DNA from: Octopus vulgaris
Lineage: Eukaryota
Assembly: GCA_951406725.2 (NCBI GenBank)
Contig: OX597828.1
Coordinates: 12,400,001-12,464,000, forward strand
Length of the DNA stretch: 64,000 bases
Reading direction: 5' to 3'
Shown here: positions 1-13,989 of the stretch, piece by piece
Layout: each line of letters begins with the position of its first letter
Numbering within the stretch: the first letter of the stretch is position 1
Program-made: the position numbers and the translations under genes
The notes under the pieces: generated by a model
Seen by the model: only the letters and a program-made list of their open reading frames with translations
Database searches by the model: none
Told to the model about the DNA's origin: nothing

Positions 1-377
1 TGTTTCAGTCATTTGACTGCGGCCATGCTGGAGCACCGCCTTTAGTCGAGCAACTCGACCTCAAGACTTATTCTATGTAAGTCTAGTACTTATTATATCG
101 GTAACTTTTGCCGAACAGCTAAGGTATGGAGACGTAAACACACCAGCATCGGTTGTCAAGCGATGTTGGTGTGGGATCAAATACAGACACACAAACATAT
201 ATATAAGTATATACGACGGGCTTCTTTCAGTTTTCGTCAACCAAATCCACTCACAAGGCTTTGGTCGTCCCGAGGATATAGTAGAAGACACTTGCTCAAG
301 GTGCCACGCAGTGCGACTGAACCCGGAACAATGTGGTTGGTAAGCAAGCTACTTACCACACAGCCACTCTTGCGCCT
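1..377 (-). mobile_element. SINE family A (tRNA head, CORE-like ccttgggcaagt block, internal microsatellite), cut by window start
   Basis: Reverse complement of the consensus seen at 41953-42358. Probably one of the described octopus tRNA-SINEs (OR/OK families); I cannot assign which. Confidence 0.88.
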
Positions 378-2309
378 ATTTATTTATCCATTTATTTATT
401 TGTGATATTATCTCTTCTTTCTGAAGGCAATGTCTTGGCAGAGTGGTTAGAGCGTCGGAGAAAATGTATTACGGTATATGTCCCTGCGCTCTGAATCCAA
501 TTCTACCTTTCAACTTTTAGGCCAAACTGTAAACTCCAAATCTCCACCATCAATATATCTTGCACAAAATTTTTGCTCCTCAGTTTAGTAAATAAGGAGA
601 CAAAACTGAGCGCATCCATATAATTCTTTCTTCCTCGTAGTTTTGACATGTTATAAAAATTTAAAAGCGCTTAAATTTTACGAAATATTGCAATTTGTTC
701 ACCTGCCTTATAAGAAACTCAGGTTTAGAGATCGATAAATAAAGTATCAACCCAAGTCAGTTGATTGGCTGTATTGTTCGAATGTCGGACAGGATGTCTG
801 GCAGAATCGATTCTAGCTCTGTTCGTTCTGAGTTTAAATACCGTTTCCTGTTAGCGAGAGCAAAAATAACTTTTGTCCAGAGCTGCGATCAACAAACGGC
901 ATCAACAATAACAAGACGAAATTAATCGGTTTGCTTGGTTCAATCAGAAGATCCGCACCCGCCATATTCTTGCTACCTTACAGAAAGAGACTAAAGTCTA
1001 AAACTTCGTTGAAGTGTTTTTCATACGGAAGAAGGGATATGTTGCGAGCAGAATATTTTCTATTCTTACTTTAGGCGTTGTTCGGTCACGAGTTAAAATA
1101 ACAGGCTCATTTGTCTCAAGTAAAGATTTCAGGTTCAATCACCTGTATAGTTCAGAATATATCCTGAAAATGTTTGGAAAGGAATACCCGTCGAAATATT
1201 GTATCTGGGACACATCTGAGATATTGAAAAATACCCTTATCTCGATTTCGCTGGTTCACAGAAGAAAATTACCTCAGCATTGCAAGTTGGCTCTCGTCAA
1301 CTTTACAGTACTATAGTTGATTGTAAATAACGAAGTGATCCGCTTACATTACCCATTTTGTTGATAGAATATGTCGAAACATTTTACAGATGTCCATGCC
1401 ATGAATACCATGTGTGCGACACAGTAATAATGACAAGATACGAACCGTCAACCTCACAGATTCTTTCCTAGGGGACTCGGGGGCCTTGAGCATTTTTCTT
1501 ACAATTGTTTTATTTTCGTTTGTAAAAAGGTTGCAGATACTATAACCAGTAAAGCGACAGGTTAAATGCAGCCGGAGTCGTTTTTAACTTTGATCCTTCG
1601 TTGGTTGATAAAATACGTACAAATGAACCGCTCGAGATGATAAAATCTAAGTAAACGTCTTAGAATTGTGACTATGCTAGAAATCAATATTTATTGACAA
1701 GCCTGTGATCGAATTAACAGAAGTAATACTGCACTACATGGTTTACACAAAATCTCGTTTCATCTTGTTAGATTCTGAGCCGAAATACCCTTTTGTGTCG
1801 AATCAGTCTTTCATTTTCTTTGAGATTGCAAACAAATATTGGCTTTACGCCCAAGGTAGAAATCAATTTTTTTCTTTTGCGAATCCTATCGGAGTCAACT
1901 TTAACCTTTATCCTTCCAAAATCGATAAAAAATATATATATCACTATTCACTTGGTGTCGATGCAATTAAAGGTATCTCCCTCACTCTCTCTCTCTCCTA
2001 GATGTGGGCAAAGTGATTGATTCAAAAGAAACTAATGTCTGTCGAGAAGACTTAGAAAAGAGAGGAATTCCCGGGAGCTGCTAGTTTAGAGATAATGGAT
2101 AAAACAAGTCGAATTTAGAGCATCGTTTAGAAGAAAACACATGATATTATCTGTAGGAAGAAGGGGTTATCCGTTACTGTCTTGTAATTATAGTTGAATG
2201 GATATTCAGAAAACAAACAACTTTAGAAGAGTAGTGGTCACGGTATAAAGAACTGGAGAAATTTCGGTGGTTCGGGTACTTGTTTTTGTAAAGGAGTATC
2301 TTTTATTTT

Positions 2310-2738
2310 TTTATCTTCCACTTGTTTCAGTCATTAGACTGTGGCCGTGCTGGGGCACCGCCTTCCAGAGTTCTTAGTCGAACAAACCGAGCTTAATACT
2401 TTTTTAAAGCCAACTACTTGTTCTAGCGGTCCGTTTTGCCGAACCGCTATATTACAGAGGAGTAAACAAAGCAGCACCGGCTCTCAAGCGGTGCTGCAAG
2501 ACAAGCACAAAGAAACACACTCATGCACACGCAAACACACACACACACAAATATATATATATATATATATATATACGACGGGCTTCTTTCAGTTTCCGTC
2601 TACCAAATCCACTCGGAAGACTTTGGTCAGCCCGAGGCTATAGTAGATGATACTTGCCCAAGGAGCCACGCGGTGGGACTGAACCCGGAACCATGTGGTT
2701 GGTAAGCAAGCTACTTACCACACAGCCACTCCTGCGCC
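2310..2738 (-). mobile_element. SINE family A copy
   Basis: Shared blocks gggcttctttcagtttccgtctaccaaatccactc and gaacccggaaccatgtggttggtaagc. Confidence 0.85.
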
Positions 2739-4346
2739 TGTGAATAACTTTTATATAATCAATCTTTTACTTGTTTTAGTCATAAAACTGCAGTGTTCAG
2801 TCCAACAAATCGATTCTAGTATTTGTGTGTATGTGTGGTATTTATTTTATCGGCTACTTTTGCAGAACCGCTGAGTTACAGGGGCGTAAACAAGCCAAAA
2901 GTGGTTCCTAAACCGTAAGGGACATAAATACAACTACAAAGACAAGCATACATGCACGCATACATATGCGTGTATGTCTCTTCTATTTTTTAATTATTAT
3001 AAACCTTCCACTGAGGAGGGAAGACACGCATACAAGAGGTGTGTCTAATAAGATTACGATCATAAGATCCAAAGACATTTCGTTCGAAATCCTTAAGACT
3101 CGACGTCCCCATGGCTCGATATAGAAATTCGAAGTTCATTCCTGTGAAGCTGATTGTTCAGTTGATACCAATATTCTAACTAGAGGAAAGAGTTTCTGGA
3201 ACATTGATAATCCTGCTTCATGTTGTGAGGTATGATGGTATCTCTTGTATTAATTAACTGCTACTTCTAGATGGAGTCTCAGGCATTTGATAAGGTATTG
3301 TTAATCTCTAATGGATTTCGATTTATTCTTATTCTCGTACCGGTATTGTTTTTAGCATCATCATCTGTCCCTGAAAAATATTGATGTGTAGTGGGTTAAA
3401 TGTCGGCCGCGACAAAGTTAAGCGGTTGCAATCCATATTTTTATCTGAAAAAATTTCGAGGATATCATAGTTTTTAAACATTTGAAGAAGATTTGAAATC
3501 AAATGGAAAAACAACCGATTAAATGCAGCCACTGTTTAGTTATACAGACGCAGTATTCACTGGTTTACGCTGAACTTTGTTGTGGTACCTATGCGTAAAG
3601 AATTTATATGGAATATTATTGGTGAGTCAGTATAATCAACGAGAAAAAGGATGTTTGTGATTCCTTCAAATAGCGCAGAAGAGCGAGTTTTATAGCGATG
3701 ATGGGTTGCACACTCTGGATGCACTGAATCATGTTAGTCATTAGACTGACGTCATTCCTATTTAACCAGCTGCATAACTTCTCAGAAGAATTATGATTAA
3801 TTTGAAAATGATATTCTTATGATGTTTCATTTCCAGCAGAAATTTGACCAAAACAAAATAGAAAACTTATTTCTCTATCTATTACAAGAGCGATATTTCT
3901 TTCAAGCAGTAGCTAAACAGTTTATGGGGATCATACATCAAATCGCACATCAAAACGATTCCAATCAAGTTTCTTCTATGACTTGGTGTGGTGCAGTATA
4001 TTAAACAAATTATCAGTGAATATATAGATTCTATTTGAAGAGAATGCTACTGTTTGGCCAAACTCCAAGATATGATATAGCTTAGAAGACACAAGTCTGT
4101 CATTAAAGATTTTGATATATGCTTCAAACAAACCTGTATGTAGTTATATCGCAGATCTAAACGAGAAAATTTCTTTGCTGCATGAAAACACTTCAAATCT
4201 ATAGACATAATGTCAGTGTATTTTACATAGTTGTGTTACAACTTATCAGCGAGACAAGTTTATCGCTTTCATTAAAATAATGTAATAGTGTCTTCTAAAG
4301 TACGCGCGCATATTTATTGAAAAATAAATACTTACTACAGTTACAA

Positions 4347-4543
4347 TACTCTTTTACTTGTTTCAGTCATTTGATTGCGGCTATGCTGGAGCACCGCCTT
4401 TACTCGATCAAATCGACCCCAGGACTTATTCTTTGTAAGCCTAGCACTTATTCTATCGGTCACTTTTGCCGATCCGCTAAGTTACGGGGACGTAAACACA
4501 CTAGCATCGGTTGTCAAGCGATGTTGGCGAGGGGAAAACACAG

Positions 4544-4596
<53 letters not shown>

Positions 4597-4773
4597 CATA
4601 TACATATATACGATGGGCTTCTTTCAGTTTCCGTCTACCAAATCCACTCACAAGGCTTTGGTTGGCCCGAGGTTATAGCAGAAGACACTTGCCCAAGTTG
4701 ACACGCAATGGGACTGAACCCGGAACCATGTGGTTGGTAAGCAAGCTACTTATCACACAGCCACTCCTGCGCC
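4347..4773 (-). mobile_element. SINE family A copy
   Basis: Full-length match to the family; explains ORFs 4317-4796 and 4375-4701. Confidence 0.88.
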
Positions 4774-6512
4774 TTAATAAAATTCAGAATAGCTAATGAT
4801 AATATAAGGTCGTCCCAAAAGTTCGTAGAAAGTCTTGGAAAATAATGGTCTTTATTTTGAGGAATAATTTTTGTTGTTTTTGTTAGTACTTGGCGAGTAA
4901 AAATTCAATTTTCGCAAGTGTTTACGAACTTTTGGGACAACTTAATAATAATAGTCATTTCCTCTATAGACACAAGGCCAGAAATTTTGATGGGGAGGGC
5001 CAGTTGATTAGATCGACTTCAGTACGCAATTGGTACTTAATTTATCGACCCCGAAAGGATGAGAGTCAAAGTTGACTTCTGTGGAATTTAATAAAGATAA
5101 GATTTATCGTTATTAGAGGCGATGTGAAGGCGGAGAGATGGCAAAATCGTTAGCATGCCGCACAAAATGCTTGACAGCTTCTTGTCCGTCTTCACGTTGT
5201 GAGTTCACATTCAGCCATGGTCACTTTAGCCTTTCGTCCTTCCTAGGTCGATGAAATAAGCACCAGTACAGAAATCAAGGCCTTGTGCCTATTGTAGAAA
5301 TGGTTTATATTTGGCGGCGTGCTGGCAGAACCGTTAGCGCGTCAGACATAATACTCAGCGGCATTTCTTCCGAGTTTATATTCTGAGTTCAAATTGCTCC
5401 AAGGCCGATTTTGTCTTTTATCCTTTCACGATTGATAAAATAAGTACCAGTTAATCAATGGGGTCAACGTTATCCACTTAGCCCTTTTTCTGAAATAGAT
5501 GGCTCTGTGTCAAAATTTGATACTATTGTTATGATTATTTCTAATTCACGCACGCTAGTCAGCAGTTTTTAGTGGACGGGTCTACTCGACAACATCGACC
5601 CAGGCACTCGACTAATACTTTAATTCTTCGACATCAGATGGATAGAAGGCGAAGCTGACCACAGCGGAATTTGAACTAAGAACATAAGCAGCTGAAATAA
5701 AATGTTGATGGTAGTTGGGCTGGCGATAATTTGGCCGAAGAAAAACGTGTATATCTTAATCCCTTTCGATCTCGTCAACAGCACAACCTCTTTCACCATA
5801 CCTATGAGAGAAAGGAAAATTGCCGTTTCCGGCCAAAGTAAGGTAGCAGCGCCAACACTACAATCGCTTTCGTCATAGCTATACAAGGGGAAATTGCTCG
5901 CTTTTCCCAGACTGTGGATTGGATTTCATAATGGACTTCACCGATAGCCGAATACGTTCTGCATGTGGTAGCAGCTATCCAACAAAACAATGTAAGTCAT
6001 TAGTGGCATTAATGCTCAGAATTGTATGAAGCATATACAGACTCTCTGTTACATACTGCTAGAAGCACTTCTGTTCCTGTAGAGTTTATTCCGAACCGGC
6101 AAGGTTTCGGTTGCACTGCTAGACCAAAGATTTCTAGAAATTGCCCATAGTTTGGGGTCAAAAGGTTTTCGGAACAAATTAGCTTTTTCATTCTCATTGC
6201 TACTCAAGTTTCTCCGAGAATTTTGTCGCCCTGCTTTACCACTGGTATTCAGTAGAATACAGAAGTTGAACTTCCACCAATCCCATTATCAGTCTGCTGA
6301 GATTTATGAACGCTTGACATCCCAGGTGCTAGGTACTTAATTTCAGGTTTTTTGCTTAACCTAGAACTAATGCTCCATGAAAGAGATGAACTGCGAAAAA
6401 CTCGTCTGATGAAGGATGGCTACATCTATTCATTGTTCAGGAATATTTGTAGGTACTGCAGCCTCAGTGCATGCCTGTACATCATCAGCCACAGCATACA
6501 ACCACATCAAGC

Positions 6513-6984
6513 GTGGAGATGCAATGGCCCAGTGGTTAGGGCAGCGGACTCGCGGTCGTAAGAACGCGGTTTCGATTCTCAGACTGGGCATTGTGAGTGT
6601 TAATTGAAAAAAACACCTTAGATCGACAAGGCTCCGGCGGGAGTGTGTGAACCCTGCAGTACTCTTTCACCAAAACTTTCTTCCTACTTCTGTCACAAAG
6701 CAGAGGAACCATGGTGTAACCCAATATGGTGTGATAAACTTTCAGACCCTAGTCTAGATTGCGAATCCTCTGTACCCCAGGATAGTTCATCTCTCCACCC
6801 GTAAAAAGCCACTGTTTACGGAATGTGGATAACAACGTAGCTCTCGCGCCCGTGCAACCGCCTGTCTATCGCGTGTAGTGGGTGGATCTTCAAGTTGCCA
6901 CACGCATTCTGAGTAGCTTAGAGTAGACTCTAATTAGAGATTATTCTTTGTGGCCAATGGCGTGATTCCTGATTGGAAGAAGAA
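6513..6984 (+). mobile_element. SINE variant E, second copy
   Basis: tRNA-like head (tggcccagtggttagg A-box, ggtttcgattct B-box) and tail cctgattggaagaagaa. Degenerate TSD aaccacatcaagc (6500-6512) / aaccacagtatgc (6985-6997). Confidence 0.82.
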
Positions 6985-9797
6985 AACCACAGTATGCAGA
7001 GCCGTTTAAATTAAAGATGTTGACAACACATCGTGTCCAGTGGAATGCGTCCCTGAATACGACGTAAAAGCACAGACGCTTCAATTTGGTGATGTGAAAT
7101 CTGTGAAAAGGTCCGACGATCAGGCAGAAGTATATGATGGAAATGATGTACACGCTCACCACCTCTGCTTGACGTGAAAGGGATAGCTTCTTCTCAGCAT
7201 ATTTATGATTGAATTTGGGTACTTCGCTCGTAACCTTCAATACGGTCAAGATCAAACCTGATCCCAAATAATTTCTCTCATGACACGGTCTGCCGGAATA
7301 GTGTTGCCCTCAAGATGCCGAACAGCAACATTACATACAAGTTCGAATTAATCTTTACTCCTATAAAGGCCTCATATTCCTTTAGAACCTTTTTTTTTTT
7401 GTAGTGTCCCCCACTTTAAATAGATATAATGCCTAGCACCCCCACCACCTTTTAAGTAGTTATGTGTAGCGCCCACCTAATTGGCAAATGAGGTGTCACG
7501 ACTAAACTACCTTAACATGGATGATAATTTCTAAAAAATGGATTGTATAACCTTTTAAAAGTGAAATTAATATAAGCTAAAGTTGTAAATTTACTTTATA
7601 CTTTGCAAGTTAATAACTTCTCTATGCCTGCTAAGATCTCGTTTTATTTTAATAACCCATTACTAGTTATATCATGTATAATATAATTACTACAATAGGT
7701 AAAATTTAGTGTGTTAATTATGTTATCCCACTTCTTTCTCGCCGCCCCTGAGGCCCCCTTCGACATGGCCGGTGACCCCTTGGAGACAATACCACCCACG
7801 TTGTGAATCTCTGCTTTAGAATGATGTCTATCATTTTGATGTCTATGATGTCCAAATACATTATGGTGACGTCGTCCGAATACCCCGATACAGCTCTTCC
7901 ATATTACAATTCGAACGAAATACAATTCAATAACCCCCAGCTCCCGCAGTAGCCAACACATATAGAAGGAGCGAGAGAGAATATTTTATGGACAGAGTGC
8001 ATGATTCGGAAAGGTTGTGTTAGGTGACCATTTATTTTTACTACCGAGCAGACGTCGCGTTCGTCTGAACTTTGCCGAACACGCGACAACAAGCACTAGC
8101 CTTTTCGCTCATAACTTGACCAGAATCTTAAATTCTGAACTTAGCTGAGTTATGGACCAGGAGTTACCAATGTCACCCCAATTCCTCAGAAGTACTACTA
8201 CACTCCATTTCCCACAACAGGGAAGTTTTGATCGGCATCTAGTCGCAGAAGACTTCTAACAGAACATCTCCGAACAAGCGTAAAGCTTGTAGGGTAAAGC
8301 CGATGGATTGTAAGACACGCGGTATCGACCCGATTTAGTCTTCTCAATGATGAATGCTACTGACATTTTGAGCTAAGTCTTAAGTTTTTAACATATAAGC
8401 ATCTCTGAGAAGTTTTTCTGTGAAGAAACATTGAAGCTATTTCCACGTCTTTGTGCATATTCTAATTGTTATAAACAACAATATTTTCAACTAATCCTGT
8501 TTCAGGGGCGCATATTACATAGAGATAAGCAAACATGCATGTATGTATGATTGTTCATACCCCTATTTAAATTCATACAGCTAGAATAAAATTAGACAAG
8601 GCGAGGCCCATCTTTCAAGTTTTCACACCGCGTTGCATATTACCAAGTTTCTCTTCAATTATACTGTGTGTAGCCGCCCATAACGATGAGTAATATCATC
8701 GTATGGCTCCATTTACATATTTAAGGGCTGGACAAATTACGATCTAATATTTGATTTTTTTTTTTTAACTAGTTTCTCATTGCAAAAATGAAACATGCAG
8801 AATAACACGAAAACTTCTCTGGTAGATTATATGTTAATGTAAAGAAAGGAAATGTTCACTTTAACCCTGTCATATCACAAGCGGGGGAAATGTGGTCGTG
8901 GTGACATATTAATTATTTGTAATCAGGATATAGTCAGAAACTAATTTAATTTGATACATTTGTATGTTACTTTAATGAAAAAGGAAATATTTAAAAGCTT
9001 TCTCTCTGGGTTGGTAAATAAATATAATTAGCTGACATTGAATCTACGTGAAATCAAACGAAGAAACACGTCTAAAAATATCTGTGAAATGTCAGTAAAT
9101 GTTACAAGTATGAAATTAGAAAAGCGTTACATCTTCGACAGTGCTATAACGACACCTACACAAACACACACACTTACATATACGCGCACACACGCTCGCA
9201 CCAAACGCTCATATACGCGTGCACATGCATAGGCTCACAAACGCGTACACACAAACATATTTATAGATATGCATGTGTGTATATATATATTTTTTTTTTA
9301 TTACTCCACCTTCCCTATCCTTCCCATCCTCCATCCTATCCCTTACACCCACTCCTACATACCCCCACCTCTACCCCCACCCTCTGCCTACCCCAACCCT
9401 CAGCCTAACCCACACCCCACCTGTGCTTTCCCCACTCTCGCCTCCCCCACCTCCCAACAACATCACACAACACTACATCATACCACACCACACAGCACAT
9501 CACAACATACCTCCCACACACCAGCACTGACCAATTCCCATCCCCACATTTTCACACCTACACATACACACACGCACATGTCAAGACCACCAGCCCTCTT
9601 TCACACGCACCTACATACTCTCTTATACACACACGCACCTTCGAGTTGGTGGGGGTCATCTTTACTTTGTTATCTCCCCTACTTCTTCGCTCTCCTGTAT
9701 GACCCTTCTGTTCGGCATTCGTCATGATAGATCGGTAGCCACTACACCAATTTTTTCTCTCCTTGTTTCTCTCCTTATGTTTTTTTTTTCTGTGTCC

Positions 9798-9833
9798 CTT
9801 TCTGTAGAAGAGCGTAGGCTCTAAACGTAAAAG
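9798..9833 (+). ncRNA. Decayed minimal hammerhead motif
   Basis: cuuu-CUGUAGA-a-gagc(guag)gcuc-UAAAC-GUA-aaag. Same layout as the 46938 motif, with two core substitutions. Confidence 0.5.
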
Positions 9834-9937
9834 ACTTTTTCAATTTACTGAGCGTTATACTAATACATCTGTTTGTTTTATACACCTCCTGCCTTCGTCT
9901 TTTGTTGTTGTTTTTTCGTGAACTCTCCCTATATATA

Positions 9938-10340
9938 GGCGCAGACGTTTTTATGTGGTAAGAAGTTTGCTTCCCAACCACATGGTTCCGGGCTCAATCT
10001 CCAGTCCCATTGCGTGGCTCCTGGGGCAATTGTTTTCTGCTATAGCCTCCGGCCGACCGAAGCCTTGTGAGTGGATTTGGTAGACGGAAACTGAAAGAAG
10101 CCTGTCGTGTCTGTGTGTGAGTGTGTGTATGTGTGTGTGTGTCTTTGTATTTGTGCTCGTCCCCCATCATCGCTAGACAACTAGTGTTGGCGTGTTAAGG
10201 CATTCGTAACTTAGCTGTTTGGTAAAAGGGTCTGATAAAATAAATAATTTTGGGGTCTATTTATTCGACTAAAATCCTTAAAAGTAGTGCACCGGCATGA
10301 CCGCAGTCTAATTACTGAAACAAGTAAAAGATAAAAGATA
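9938..10340 (+). mobile_element. SINE family A copy (older)
   Basis: ggcgcag head, gccttgtgagtggatttggtagacggaaactgaaagaagcc and actgaaacaagtaaaaga tail. Confidence 0.85.
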
Positions 10341-10469
10341 CGCTCTTGAAAGAGCGTTTGTATCAAATTTACAATGTATGCAGAATCGTGGAACGATGCG
10401 AGAGGTAATTTTCTTTTTCATTTTTGTATTTTTTTTTTCAGAAAATCTGAAGGAGACTTTTTTTTCTAC

Positions 10470-10850
10470 TCTAGGCATAAGGCCCAACATTTTGGGGGAG
10501 GTGACCAGTCGATTAGATCAACTCCAGTACGCAACTGGTACTTATCGATCCCGAAAGGATGAAAGGCAATGTCGACCTCGGCGGAATTTGAACTCAGAAC
10601 GTGGCGGCAGACTAAATACCTGTTTCTTTACTACCCACAAGGGGCTAAACACAGAGGAGCAAACAAGGACAGACAAACGCATTAAGTCGATTACATCGAC
10701 CCCAGTGCGTAACTGGTACTTAATTTATCGACCCCGAAAGGATAAAGGCAAAGTCGACCTCGGCGGAATTTGAACTCAGAACGCAGCGGCAGACGAAATA
10801 CCACAAAGCATTTCGCCCGGCGTGCTAACGTTTCTGCCAGCTCGCCGCCC
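10470..10850 (-). mobile_element. SINE family B, dimeric form
   Basis: Two tandem copies of gaaaggatgaaaggcaaagtcgacctcggcggaatttgaactcagaacg, ending in the reverse complement of the head (ctgccagctcgccgcc). Confidence 0.85.
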
Positions 10851-11669
10851 TCGAAAGAGACATTTTTAATAGAAAGAGAAAAGAAAAAAAGCACAAGGTT
10901 TCGCTTATAATGCTGTTGGATCGGTAGACGAGGTGTTACCACTTCATTTGATCCCTTCAGTGTTGAATATCGTGTACATCCTATCTCAAAACTAAAAATT
11001 CGCTTCTTATATTGTAATCAGTATGCAAACCGTTTAGTGATTTGCGCGAAAGCTAGCCTGTCTAGGATTAATTTATGAAGCCTTGACAGAGCATTAGATT
11101 AAAATACCCGTGTGGATCACATTTTTAATGTGCATACAAACATGAAATGACGTTAGCTCTATTATTTTGTTTCACAGATACTTCTCAAAGAAACACGTTT
11201 TCGCGAGAATGCCGGTGGATCGTCAAACCCAGGGTTGAAGCCTGAGTTTGTGTACTCAATGAAGAAACATTTTTGGTTTGGTTCAAATGTCTGAAAGTAT
11301 TCGTCTCTGAGGAGACCAGATCAACTCTAAAGACCGTTCTGGCTATCAACTCGGCAATCGGAGTCTCTCACTAGCACCAAAGAATAGGTGTTTGCAAGAA
11401 AACCACTAGAGATCATAAGAAGCACAACAACCTGCACCTTCTGTGGCATAAAAAGATTGCTCTTCCGTCCACTAGCACAGAATTACTGTCTGGATTGAAG
11501 AAATCCTCCATATTTTGAGGCCTCAACTTTCAGGAAGAACATTATCAAATCACCTTTCGATGTACCCACATCAATCTTGGTTTCGTTGATGACAACCACT
11601 AGATAGAGTATTTTGTAACCTAAGGTCATTAAACAAGTGGCATTGCTTCCCAGCCAAATATATGCCACG

Positions 11670-11889
11670 TACGAGGTGGTGGTGAAAGTTCCTGGCTTAA
11701 ACGTGTCGAGAAAGACCTGGTTAGAGGCCTAACCTTCCGAGCACTGTTATAGTGCTTAGAAAAACTGAAAGACTGCTGCAATAAGTGTGTGAATCAGAAA
11801 GGAGGAATACGTTCAATAAAATCATAATTAACTGATCCTCCTGTATTTTGTTTTACCCAAAGCCAGGAACTTTTCTAAACCCCCTCATA
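11670..11889 (+). mobile_element. Mariner-derived MITE, copy 1
   Basis: TA-bounded. TIRs tacgaggtggtggtgaaagttcctggctt / aagccaggaacttttctaaacccc-ctcata. The interior resembles a mariner transposase 3' end (LEKLKDCCNKCVN..GEYV). Confidence 0.8.
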
Positions 11890-12824
11890 TATTTGTTCCT
11901 CTTATTCTAAATAATACCATGCTATATGCAGACTGGAAAGTGAGGGTCACTCGCCTTCATCTTAATAAGAGTGGATAATTCACTATTCTTTTTGGAAAAG
12001 TGTTTCTCAAAAGGCTTCACTAAAATCATTTGTCCAATTGTTCTTTTTTATAAAATTCGATTCTGCATGGGAATTCATTCTTTCATGTCGTGGAAACACT
12101 AAAGAATAGCTTGTCCTTGGATGCTTTGCGGATGAATTCCTCGAAATACAAACACTTGTGTCTATTTATATATATATGTATAATTTGACGTGTGTCTCTT
12201 TAGCTAAATGGGTGTTGTTTCTTTCGCTACAGTAATCTTCTTTGACTTTCAATATTGTATTTGATCCTTGACATTGTGGCTGCTGTTGTTGTTGCTATTA
12301 CACTTGCCGCTCTTGATTATTTGCAAATTTCCGTATTTTTCTTTGATTGTAGTTGCGTTGCATATATATATATACGTATACACACATACACGAAATGTCA
12401 TATGTTGGAAGTGAGATGTATATGCGGGATTGTATGTATGTATGCATGTATGTATATATCTGATGACTGGGTGTTTGGAACAAACTAGAAAACTATCCAT
12501 ATACGAAGATCTCGAAATAAGATATTGAAATAAGAATCCTCATAATAATAGACTAAAGTAGATGCAAACTAATGCTAATTACAATCCCCAGAATAATACA
12601 TAAACACAAGACAGAGAAATAACTAAACAAAGCAGAGCGGTTTTAGTAGTGAAAGTCATTTTAATAAACACAAACATAAAATACTGCAGAAATCCAGTTA
12701 GACTGAACTGCACCATGTCTGAGTAATGAATATAAGAAAGCTGCCAAATGTCTAGGATCGCGAGATACAACTTGATATCTAGTGGTTAATACAAGCAGAA
12801 AAGCAATGAAATGCGAATCGAACG

Positions 12825-12871
<47 letters not shown>
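12825..12871. repeat. (TAA)n microsatellite, left flank of the Dong-like element
   Basis: About 15 TAA units; the partner tract is at 13909-13940. Confidence 0.95.
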
Positions 12872-13908
12872 TCCAAAATTAAACATACTAGAAACAAGCA
12901 CAGAAAAAGCTAAGCGTATGAAAACCCGTGCTAAGACTGCTGTCTTAGATATTCTTAATGATAAACATCAAGAAAAACCTCTCAATGGCAAATACCCAAA
13001 GAGAGTTAATAGTGCCTCTATTGACAAAGCCCTTACTCATCAATGGTTAGTGTCTTCCGGCTTAAAATCAGAAACAGAAGGGTTTATCATAGCAGCTCAA
13101 GATCAATGCCTACCTACAACGAACTACCAGGCCAACATATTAAAGAACGGCAGTGGCCCAACATGTCGTGTATGTCAACAACAAAATGAAACAATTCATC
13201 ATGTTGTCTCCATGTGCAGTCTTCTTGCGCCTACAGAGTGTCTCAACAGGCATGATACAGCAGCACAATATAAGCACTGGGTAATTTGCAAAAAGCTGGA
13301 CTTGGCCCATGAGAAAAACTGGTGGGAACTCAAACTACCTTCAGGGCTTCAAAATGATCACATCTCACTCCTCTGGAACCTCACCATTCAAACTGACAGA
13401 TAGATAGATGCGAATAGACCAGACATTATATTTAAAGACTTCAGACGAAAATCATGCCTCCTCATTAATATAACTGTCTCAATCGATATAAATGTATCTG
13501 TGAAGATCTACCAAAAACTGAGCAAGTATAAAGATCTTGAAATAGAAATTGGCAAAATGTGGAAACTCCTGAAGACTAAAACAATACCTGTTGCCATAGG
13601 TGCCTAGGAATGATAGCAAAAGGGACTGATTCCTATGTAGGAAACCCCAAAATGGCAGAAAATTCAAAAGATAGTGCTCATGGAAACTGCCCATATCCTA
13701 CGTAAAATACTCTCTATGTAATCTCAAATTTTAAAGCAAATTCATAATTATCTTATGTTTTCTTAAACATTCTCTAGAACAATACTATGTGCAAAACAAG
13801 ATATATGACAACCTAGACATACCACCAACATGAACTTCTAACTTGTCTCTTGAGGTCTCTGGGGGAGACTTGAAGCCAACTTGTACAAATACAAAGCAAA
13901 AATCGAAC
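12872..13908 (+). mobile_element. 5'-truncated RLE-type non-LTR retrotransposon (R4/Dong clade-like), pseudogenised
   Basis: ORF 12918-13403 has ETEGFIIAAQDQ, a CCHC knuckle (CRVC...ETIHHVVSMC) and RHD. After a stop it continues in frame with IDANRPDII...KLSKYKDLEIEI (restriction-like endonuclease). (TAA)n flanks both ends. Confidence 0.88.
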
Positions 13909-13940
<32 letters not shown>

Positions 13941-13989
13941 TACAACATCAACAACAACAATAATATATATTTATTGTCTCTTTTTCTAG

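Noticed and set aside
3050-3540. Possible very old Penelope RT remnant on the - strand (…DILEIFSDKNMD…); similar hints at about 37650-38500 and 45500-46100
   Set aside because: Only one or two weak motif echoes; cannot be supported without a profile search.
4317-4796. Recurrent peptides 'RRASFSFRLPNPLTRLWSARGYSRRHLPKV' and 'YDGLLSVSVYQIHSQGFG' seen in many ORFs
   Set aside because: Antisense reading of SINE family A, not a protein family.
5911-5991. Candidate 81-nt phase 1-1 exon (cttttcccAG ... GTAAGT) compatible in phase with exon A
   Set aside because: The peptide (CGLDFIMDFTDSRIRSACGSSYPTKQ) shows no ITIH/VIT similarity, and such splice-like pairs arise by chance. It would need RNA-seq support.
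6400-6440. CUGAUGA followed by a small hairpin
   Set aside because: No GAAA box or helix III, so not a hammerhead. The same holds for CUGAGGA at about 3012 and 11307.
9269-9727. Pro/His/Thr-rich 152-aa ORF
   Set aside because: Low-complexity C/A-rich sequence belonging to a repeat unit, with no splice or domain support.
11178-11295. Open frame after a good acceptor (ttttgtttcacAG)
   Set aside because: All three frames stop within about 120 nt, with no ITIH similarity and no convincing donor.
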